From positions 1-13,150 of the forward strand of contig JBIKLL010000074.1 of assembly GCA_044359815.1 (NCBI GenBank): a stretch of DNA of 13,150 nt. Reading direction: 5' to 3'. The DNA comes from Pseudobdellovibrionaceae bacterium (GTDB lineage: Bacteria > Bdellovibrionota > Bdellovibrionia > Bdellovibrionales > Bdellovibrionaceae). The notes under the pieces were generated by a model, which was not told where the DNA came from, did not search any database, and worked only from the letters and a program-made list of their open reading frames with translations. A program made the position numbers and the translations under genes. This document shows positions 6,580 through 13,150 of the stretch, piece after piece. How positions within the stretch are numbered: position 1 is the stretch's first letter; the number at the start of each line of letters is the position of its first letter.

Positions 6580-7506
6580 TCATGGGGTCAGGCTGTGGAC
6601 TTTAAAAAATCTGTAGGGCGGAGTTCCGGCTACAAAATTAACGGTCTCTATTTGGGGGACGATAACCACATCAGAAATTTTTTGGATTTCGATCAAAAAC
6701 ACAGTGGTGGTTTTGTAAGTGGTTTTGATTTGGTCTTTGATGAGTATTTGGTGTTTGATTCCCCGAACCTGATCGAACAAAAATTTAACTGAATTCTGGC
6801 TGCCACTGATTAAATTTAATCTGTGATCAAAAATTTTGTCAGTGTCGATGTCTTTGGGTGCTCCTTCGGTGACTGTATACAAAAATCGAAGCTTGGCGTT
6901 TTTCTTAAGCAGTTTAAAATAAATATTTAAAACTTTGTCCAAATCTGAGGTGTAACTGATGGGTCCAAAAATATCAGTGATCAAATCAGCCTTGTTTTGA
7001 AAGGGTCTGATCTGTTCAGATAAAAATTCGCTTTCAATGTGGTTTTCCAGATAACCGGTTTCCAGGTATTTGATCCGCCCATTGGATTCAGTTTGCAGAG
7101 CGTGGATGTTTAGGCCCATGGGGGCTGCAAACGACAGTCCCAGCATTTGTGAAATGTGGTTAAAGCGGGGATCGCTGAAGACTGTTTTAAAAGCCGCTCC
7201 ATAGCCTGCACCCGCATCAATCCAATATGAATTTTTGGGTAAATTCTGCAGAGTCTGATCCAGGCTTGCGATTTCTGGTTCCAATCCCAACAGACGATTG
7301 TATTCGGCAAAACCTCGGTTGGTCACAAAGCCTCTGTTTGAGGTTAATTGTTCCCTGGTATTTGACAGGTGGTAATTGATTTCGTCCTTTGAAAATACAA
7401 ACTCATCCAGATTTAAAGAATAATCACAGTGCGTGGGATTGGTCGATCCAGAGGCCGCAGTGAAAATCAAAAACAAGAATGAAAATACAGGTGTAAACAT
7501 ATCCAC
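6580..7506 (-). CDS. Class I SAM-dependent methyltransferase-like protein with N-terminal signal peptide (start may be the ATG at 7500)
   Basis: Motif I-like WIDAGAGYG, motif ADLITDIFGPISY and motif LLKKNAKL. Hydrophobic N-terminus MFTPVFSFLFLIFTAA. Confidence 0.75.
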   Translation of the reverse strand: MDMFTPVFSFLFLIFTAASGSTNPTHCDYSLNLDEFVFSKDEINYHLSNTREQLTSNRGFVTNRGFAEYNRLLGLEPEIASLDQTLQNLPKNSYWIDAGAGYGAAFKTVFSDPRFNHISQMLGLSFAAPMGLNIHALQTESNGRIKYLETGYLENHIESEFLSEQIRPFQNKADLITDIFGPISYTSDLDKVLNIYFKLLKKNAKLRFLYTVTEGAPKDIDTDKIFDHRLNLISGSQNSVKFLFDQVRGIKHQILIKDQIKTTYKTTTVFLIEIQKISDVVIVPQIETVNFVAGTPPYRFFKVHSLTP

Positions 7507-7639
7507 AGATTGTTAGTGCAATCACACCATAAAATGAATTCCGAAATTGAAATTTGAAATCGATTCATGTCAGATTTGGCTTGATTTGCCTGTGCAAACC
7601 AGACAAAACCTTTCAAAACACAATAAGGATCTTTAATTA

Positions 7640-8509
7640 ATGAATTCGGTCGGGATCAACGCAAAATTCTGGGCACTGGCAATCTGCTTGTTCAGTATAA
7701 TAGGTGTCTTCAGCATAGAGGCTGAGGCAGGTGATAGTGGTCCCAACCGTTGTGAATTTGCGTTTTATGAACCAGCTCACCCCGTATCGAATCGGTTTTT
7801 TGAAAATCGTGACAGGCTGGATGCTAAATCCCTAAATCATCTGCAGGAGCTGTTTGCCAGCAGGGATCCGGATCGTTATGAAAAAGGCGCCAGGTTTTTT
7901 ATCCTGAAACAGCTTGAAGCTCTGGGTTTGGCGGGGGATTCAAAGCTGATCCAGAAATTGGAATCACTTAAAATCACCTATGGTGATGAGACCGCTTTTA
8001 GAGCTGATGAAATCAAAATCATTTTGCCTGAAAGTTTGCGTGAAACTGCTGTGCCTGGATTTATATTAGCCCATGAACTGCAACACAATATCCAAAGGTA
8101 TAAGTTCAACCCGAACTCTAGGTATTTAATAAATGTATTAAAGAATGCTCAGGCATTGTTGGTTCATGATGTCTTGTACCGCAATGAATACGAGGCCATG
8201 TTGTCAGAAAAAGCTTTTTTGGATTTATTGTCGGTAAATGATATCTATAAAACACTAGATGCCGTTGAAGGGTCCGAACTAAAAGGGCATTTAAAATATT
8301 TCCTAGTGACTTCGCTCAGACAGGTTAAACAGCCTTGGGAAAATTATCTGGAAACCCAGTTTTGGGATATTGCTAGGTATGAACCCGAAATGCTCAGGAC
8401 CGAGGTCAACGTCAATCGGTTTAAATTTGCGTCCTACGGTTTTATGTTTGGCGGTACCTGCATGGCCTACATGTTCCCCGAGACCTTAAGAAGTCTTTTG
8501 GGACTATAA
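7640..8509 (+). CDS. Exported hypothetical protein with HEXXH motif (putative zinc metallopeptidase)
   Basis: AAGGA RBS and a signal peptide ending AEA. ILAHELQHNIQ is followed about 35 aa later by NEYEA, a possible third zinc ligand. Hydrophobic C-terminal segment. Confidence 0.75.
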   Translation: MNSVGINAKFWALAICLFSIIGVFSIEAEAGDSGPNRCEFAFYEPAHPVSNRFFENRDRLDAKSLNHLQELFASRDPDRYEKGARFFILKQLEALGLAGDSKLIQKLESLKITYGDETAFRADEIKIILPESLRETAVPGFILAHELQHNIQRYKFNPNSRYLINVLKNAQALLVHDVLYRNEYEAMLSEKAFLDLLSVNDIYKTLDAVEGSELKGHLKYFLVTSLRQVKQPWENYLETQFWDIARYEPEMLRTEVNVNRFKFASYGFMFGGTCMAYMFPETLRSLLGL

Positions 8510-8530
8510 TTAATTTTCAAATTTTAAAAA

Positions 8531-9550
8531 CTAATCGCAGATTGAAAATTTGCTGGTGTCAGTCCTGCGGGTCAAGCTGTCTGTGTCTGATTGGGTGCCC
8601 AGTCTTAGGCTGGAAGTGCTTTTTAAATGTTCGTTTGTAAAAATATTTTCAGCATTCTTTTGTCCCAGGGACAGTGTCAGCGAGGACTTTTTAAGTTCAG
8701 GCTTTGCTGTCACTTTGATGTCTGAAATTTCGATGGGATTTTCGGGGCTGTTTTCTGGGATTTCCATTTCCAGAATGTATGAGCTTCGGTCCCACTCCGC
8801 CGTGATTGAAAAGGCCTTGTATGACCTATCAGTGAAAGGATTCATTTTGTCATCGAGTCTGAGGCGTCTGGAAAATACCTGCCAGGTGGTTTCTGGATTC
8901 AGACAAACGATTTTCGGATAGGTTACGCGTTCCAGGGTTTTGATGTTGACCAGTTTTAAAACCACAGAATTTTTAACTACATAAATTTGTTTGATTGGCA
9001 GGGGTAAATAGCGATCAGCGACCACGGCATCCACATTGCCAATCAGGCTTTCAAAAATGGACTGAGCATCAAAGGTTTCAGTATCTGTTTTTGCATCCGC
9101 AGTTGATGATTGTATCCCCAGTTCCTGTAGGGTGATTTTGTCAGACAGTTTTAAGGGAACAAAAGATTTATCCAGTTCGGCTTTCATGGCTGTGGCCATT
9201 TCGGCAATGACCTGTTGGTAAAGCTGAGCTTTGACGGTATTAGCATCAACAATAGAATCATCGGCTGGATTGCCAATGGGATTGCCGTCTGAATTTCCAA
9301 CGGCAGTGCCAGTTGAATCAGAGTCTGAGGCCTGTGTTATGCCTTCAGCTGAAATATTTTGTGTGTCTGCTGTGTCGGTGGTGTCGGTGGTGTCAGTGGG
9401 GCTGGACTGATTGGTTGTATCTGCATTGCTTTCCGCACTGTCTGCGGGCTTGGCAGATTGGTCCTGCATGCTGGCCTTTTTTAAGGTGCAGGCTGACAGC
9501 GAGCTGATCACTGCTAAAGCTAAAAAAATATTTTTGTAAGCGGTTGTCAT
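8531..9550 (-). CDS. Hypothetical lipoprotein with Thr/Asp/Ser-rich linker
   Basis: AGGAG RBS and lipobox LSAC. About 80 aa of low-complexity linker precede a globular region I cannot assign. Confidence 0.85.
   Translation of the reverse strand: MTTAYKNIFLALAVISSLSACTLKKASMQDQSAKPADSAESNADTTNQSSPTDTTDTTDTADTQNISAEGITQASDSDSTGTAVGNSDGNPIGNPADDSIVDANTVKAQLYQQVIAEMATAMKAELDKSFVPLKLSDKITLQELGIQSSTADAKTDTETFDAQSIFESLIGNVDAVVADRYLPLPIKQIYVVKNSVVLKLVNIKTLERVTYPKIVCLNPETTWQVFSRRLRLDDKMNPFTDRSYKAFSITAEWDRSSYILEMEIPENSPENPIEISDIKVTAKPELKKSSLTLSLGQKNAENIFTNEHLKSTSSLRLGTQSDTDSLTRRTDTSKFSICD
9362..9397. repeat. In-frame 9-bp tandem repeat x4 in the lipoprotein linker
   Basis: tgtgtctgc-tgtgtcggt-ggtgtcggt-ggtgtcagt, encoding TDT-TDT-TDT-ADT on the minus strand. 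Confidence 0.8.
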
Positions 9551-9654
9551 GATCCAACTCCTGTAGCTATTTAAGTAATTGCCTTTATCGGTTATCCTCG
9601 TAAGTTCACCGATGCCGCCATGCCTTGCTATAGGCGCAGCCAGGCTTTAGACAC

Positions 9655-9670
9655 AGCAAGCTTTAAGCCA
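9655..9670 (-). promoter_or_regulatory. Putative sigma-54 (-24/-12) promoter of the lipoprotein gene
   Basis: Minus strand TGGCTTAAAGCTTGCT has the exact GG-N10-GC spacing, about 105 nt upstream of the ATG at 9550. Confidence 0.5.
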
Positions 9671-9762
9671 TGGCTGAGGCGTGCAGTATTGGGGACTAGC
9701 ATTTAATTAATGCCCAGCTGTTTTACACAGATGACAAATTTCGGACTGCATACAGATTTGAA

Positions 9763-10119
9763 ATGGTTTCTACAGGGCTGTCGTACATGATGGGTTTTGG
9801 GACTGGTCAGCAGTTTGGTAACAAAGGCGATTACAAACCCACAGATATTGGACTGTATGTTGATTATCCCATCCCCATGGATTTCAGTTTGTTTGCCAGT
9901 TACATTTTTAGTTCCAGCGCAAAAATTCAATCCAGTGAAAACTCGGCAAGCTTCACAGGTACAGGTTACAGATTGGGAATCAGTTGGATGGGATTGTCTG
10001 TGGGATCAATATTACTGGAAACAGCTTCAAGGACATTTGCAAAATACGACAGCAGCACGCTGACCAATGCAATCAAAGACTCATCAACCAGTGTTTCGTT
10101 TGTTTATCCGTTAAAATAG
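9763..10119 (+). pseudogene. Probable 5'-truncated outer-membrane beta-barrel gene
   Basis: Alternating amphipathic strands (IGLYVDYP, FSLFASYIF, GYRLGISW, C-terminal VSFVYPLK) but no signal peptide and no RBS. The frame is open upstream only as far as a TAG at 9697-9699. Confidence 0.5.
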
Positions 10120-10128
10120 GGTAAAAAT

Positions 10129-11307
10129 TTGGAAACTAAAATCTGTTTTAAAATATTACTGGCAATAGGATTTGTTTTTTCTGTCGCTTGCACTAAAAAA
10201 TCCGAAGACCTGACCTACACCAATTGCAAACTGCCCATTGCTGATGGGCGTGGTGGTGTGGCCATCGGGGGATTTCCCAGATATTCAGAACGATTGGCAT
10301 CAACAGGTACAGTGAATGCCACAGTTATTTTTGTGGATTTTTCGGATGCTGTGGCCACTCTGACGCCTGCGCAGGCTTTTGCCCTAGTGTCTGGCGCTGC
10401 AGCTACTTTTACCGAACAGTCTTATGGCGAATTGACTTACACGATGACGCCGACCCTGCAATGGTTTCGGATGAACAGCCCCAGTACCTCGTACAATTAC
10501 GCGGGTTCGGGTCACAAAAACTTTATCGCCGAGGCCGTCAGTGTTGCAGACTCAGTGGTTAATTTTGCAAACACAGAGTCGTTGGTTATCATTGTTAATC
10601 CTGATGTGACGTCATTTACAATTGGTCCTGCGATGAATGAAAGTCCCGGCAATGGAGTCACGGCAGATGGGAATGAGATGCTGAATGCCGTAACCTCGGG
10701 CTATGATTTAAACACCTGGGGATCCATTTGGCTGAATCACGAAGTCACTCACAATATGGGGTTGGTGGATCTGTACAGTTACACAAGTACAAGTTACCCA
10801 GCAGTTTTGTATGATATGGGTAAATTTAGTTACATGGGATTTAACAGCTTTACGTCCAATGCGCCCGGACTGACTGCGTGGGAGCGCTGGGTGTTGGGAT
10901 GGTTGGATGATGCGCAAGTGCTTTGCGCAAATCCCAGAATCAGTGGCGAAATCAACACCACGATCACGCCCATTGGTACAGCTGGTGGGCAAAAGGCCGT
11001 TGTCATACCTGTGGGTGAAACCAAGGCCGTTGTTGTTGAATCCTGACGTGCCAGCGGAATTGATGCCAACATCGCAAAAATCGGAGCTCTGGTTTACACA
11101 GTGGATTCATCAATACAATCCGGTAGGGGTGCCATCAAGGTTTTTCCAAAAGGCGGTGACAGCGATCCCTATCACACAACAGCGCCACGAACGACAGGTG
11201 AATCTGTTACGGTTTCTGGCATCACGGTTGAGGTTTTAAATTCAGACTCATCAGCTGGCGACACGGTTCGCATCACTGCCGATAAATTGTGGGTGGATAA
11301 GGAATAA
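10129..11307 (+). pseudogene. M6-family (InhA-like domain) metalloprotease lipoprotein interrupted by an in-frame TGA at 11044-11046
   Basis: Lipobox FSVAC and motifs VIFVDFSD, HEVTHNMGLVDLY, SYMG and AWERWVLGWL. The same frame continues past the TGA (VVES*RASGIDANIAKIGALVYTVDSSIQSG...) into ORF 11101-11307, giving 392 codons in total. Confidence 0.8.
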
Positions 11308-11351
11308 GGGATTTTCAGTTTGAAAATCTGATCACATGAAATTTCGAATTT

Positions 11352-12539
11352 TCAATTACATGCAGGGGTTGGCCAAGCTGGTGCGCATTGCGCTTGACCG
11401 CTAATGACTTGACGATTGTAACAGCCCCCGGGGCCATTGGCGCACACATAGTACAAATTATTGGGGCAAATAACTGCCAAATTGCCGTCACCGTGGACTC
11501 CGCCCAGAGTGTCCCCATCGCTCATACAGTCTTGGTCGCTCAAGATAGCAATGGCATTCAGAGTATCAGTGGCTAAAAAAGGCGTGGTTTGCATAATTCC
11601 GTCGCGAGTGACTTTGCCTGATTCGCCGACCATCATAATGGGACTGTCAACGTATCTTTGGATTCCGTTGATTTGACTGGTGCCAAATCCCGATGCCAAC
11701 AAATTCCAACTGCCACTGCCTGTGGCAGAATCTCTGGAAAGCCCATTTTGACCGGCACCCATAGCACGAGACATACCATAGTATGTTGATAAAGTTTTGA
11801 CCCTGCCGGTAAATCCAGCGCCAGGGTTCATGATAAAAGCAGAACTCAATGAAGCATCGTTTGAATACCCAATGGAAGCATTGGATCCAGCCATATAGCG
11901 GTGATCATTATAAAGACCAAAACTGTCTTGTTCAGAAAAAGAAGTGATCGAATAAATATCAGCAAACCCAAAACCCGATGTCATCAACGTCGATGTGAAA
12001 AATGCATTTGAGGATTTAACCATCGTCCCCAGTTTGCCAGCAGCTACCCATCGACCAAAGCGGTTGTGCACATCCAGCAAATCATTAGTGGTTCCCGAAT
12101 TACCAAAGGTCCAATTGATTGCGTCCGACGTTCGCAGGACCACGCCACCATCGCCGACAGCAACCGTCCAATCTCCGTAAGAATCGACTGCATTTAAATT
12201 ATTTGTGGTCAGAGTAGCTACGGGAATCCACACATGGCCGGTTTTACTGATCGAAATTTTTCCGGAATCGCCCACGGCAATCCAGTAATCGTGAGCTGCA
12301 TCCCAAACCACGTCGTTGATGTTGGATCCATTGAAATTTGAATTAAAAACTCGTTGCCAATAATCCAAGGTGCTGCGAGTGCTGATGGCCATCTTGCCAC
12401 CGTTGGCGACGATGACGGCATAGGCGGGTTTTTGATTTACGCCTACAAATCCAAAGGGTGCTGAAAACGGATACTCGGCCTTGATCATCAAGCCAAAAAA
12501 TATCATCCCCACAATACATACAGCAGGCCAAACCCTCAT
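11352..12539 (-). CDS. Exported YCF48/BNR-like beta-propeller repeat protein with Cys-rich C-terminal tail
   Basis: Hydrophobic N-terminus. Repeats of about 40 aa (WIAVGDSGKISISKTGHVW, TVAVGDGGVVLRTSDAINW, WVAAGKLGTMVKSS, MMVGESGKV). Six Cys in the last 58 aa. Confidence 0.8.
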   Translation of the reverse strand: MRVWPAVCIVGMIFFGLMIKAEYPFSAPFGFVGVNQKPAYAVIVANGGKMAISTRSTLDYWQRVFNSNFNGSNINDVVWDAAHDYWIAVGDSGKISISKTGHVWIPVATLTTNNLNAVDSYGDWTVAVGDGGVVLRTSDAINWTFGNSGTTNDLLDVHNRFGRWVAAGKLGTMVKSSNAFFTSTLMTSGFGFADIYSITSFSEQDSFGLYNDHRYMAGSNASIGYSNDASLSSAFIMNPGAGFTGRVKTLSTYYGMSRAMGAGQNGLSRDSATGSGSWNLLASGFGTSQINGIQRYVDSPIMMVGESGKVTRDGIMQTTPFLATDTLNAIAILSDQDCMSDGDTLGGVHGDGNLAVICPNNLYYVCANGPGGCYNRQVISGQAQCAPAWPTPACN

Positions 12540-12748
12540 GTAATATAGGTTATTTTAGATTTTCCGATTTTGGAACACGATCTTTGAATGCGTACGTATA
12601 TGACACAATTAGCAGCTTATTTTGGGACAGGGGTGGTGGATGGGTTCTGCAGTGATTATTATGAATCGTTTTAAGCAATAGCAGCAGACTTATTTATCTA
12701 TTTTAAATATTTAAAAATTTTCTGTAATGTCTGATGCAAGAGGTACCT

Positions 12749-13150
12749 ATGAAAAAACAATTACTGATTCATTTTATCCGCAAATGGAAGAGCTCACCAC
12801 GGTTTCGTCGGAATGCAATTATTTTTGCGGCTTGCAGTTTTGTTGTCTTCACAATTGTTTCAGTGACATCTGTGTGGTTGGCTTATTCGGCACTGAAGAC
12901 TGCTTACAATTGGGGTTCTGATCCCACTGTGCAAACCCAAATCGTTTCACAGGCGGAAAATTTGCTGAAACAATCTGATGCCGTCACAACTCAAGCTGCC
13001 AAAGAAATCGATTCCAGATTATCACAGCCGGGTTTGGTTCAAAGCTTGATCAGTGTGAATTGTTGGAACAAGGCTTTTTCGTTATTAAATCCGTTTTATG
13101 TTTTAGGAAAACCCCTGAGCAATCATTTTGAAGCCTTGAAAGAAAAGTGT
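12749..13150 (+). CDS. Hypothetical single-pass membrane protein, partial (runs off the window; absent from the ORF track)
   Basis: GAGGT RBS, then ATG at 12749 and 134 open codons. It reads MKKQLLIHFIRKWKSSPRFRRN, a transmembrane segment AIIFAACSFVVFTIVSVTSVWLAYSAL, and ends ...NCWNKAFSLLNPFYVLGKPLSNHFEALKEKC. Confidence 0.85.
   Translation, partial: MKKQLLIHFIRKWKSSPRFRRNAIIFAACSFVVFTIVSVTSVWLAYSALKTAYNWGSDPTVQTQIVSQAENLLKQSDAVTTQAAKEIDSRLSQPGLVQSLISVNCWNKAFSLLNPFYVLGKPLSNHFEALKEKC

Noticed and set aside
11044..11100. Selenocysteine or genome-wide TGA recoding
   Set aside because: The position is not a Cys-type catalytic site and no convincing SECIS hairpin follows. TGA terminates the EAL, XRE and methyltransferase ORFs at plausible C-termini.
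11101..11307. Independent 68-aa gene
   Set aside because: It is in the same frame as, and a continuation of, the M6-like protease beyond its internal stop.
11310..11328. Bidirectional terminator GATTTTCA-gtt-TGAAAATC between convergent genes
   Set aside because: The stem is AT-rich and lacks flanking U-tracts, so it is possible but unsupported.
546..12531. Remaining short ORFs in the track (e.g. 546-740, 562-786, 2219-2527, 3703-4128, 6520-6792, 8550-8921, 10708-10992, 11388-11576)
   Set aside because: They are antisense or out-of-frame shadows of longer, motif-supported genes.
12727..12921. 64-aa Cys-rich ORF
   Set aside because: It overlaps in another frame the better-supported gene starting at 12749, which has an RBS, a transmembrane helix and stays open to the window end.

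Overview
AT-rich bacterial window in the standard genetic code (TGA ends three ORFs at plausible C-termini). Gene content points to a Bdellovibrionota-like predatory bacterium: a cNMP-EAL phosphodiesterase with Bd1971-like architecture, a small XRE regulator, and many orphan signal-peptide or lipoprotein genes. This taxonomy is an inference. There are 12 protein genes or gene remnants. In order they are a secreted Cys/Lys-rich small protein, an OmpA lipoprotein, the cNMP-EAL protein, the XRE regulator, a 943-aa exported ankyrin protein, an exported SAM-methyltransferase-like protein, an HEXXH protein, a lipoprotein, a 5'-truncated beta-barrel, an M6-like metalloprotease interrupted by one in-frame TGA, a YCF48-like beta-propeller, and a partial membrane protein missing from the ORF track. 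The most unusual feature is non-coding: two direct copies (<1-300 and 1512-1885) of a ~375-400 bp palindromic element. It is built from nested AT-rich stems separated by a conserved GC-rich bipartite module (X/Y) that occurs once on each strand, and its central hairpin differs in sequence between the copies. No transposase, integrase, rRNA, tRNA or CRISPR array was recognised.
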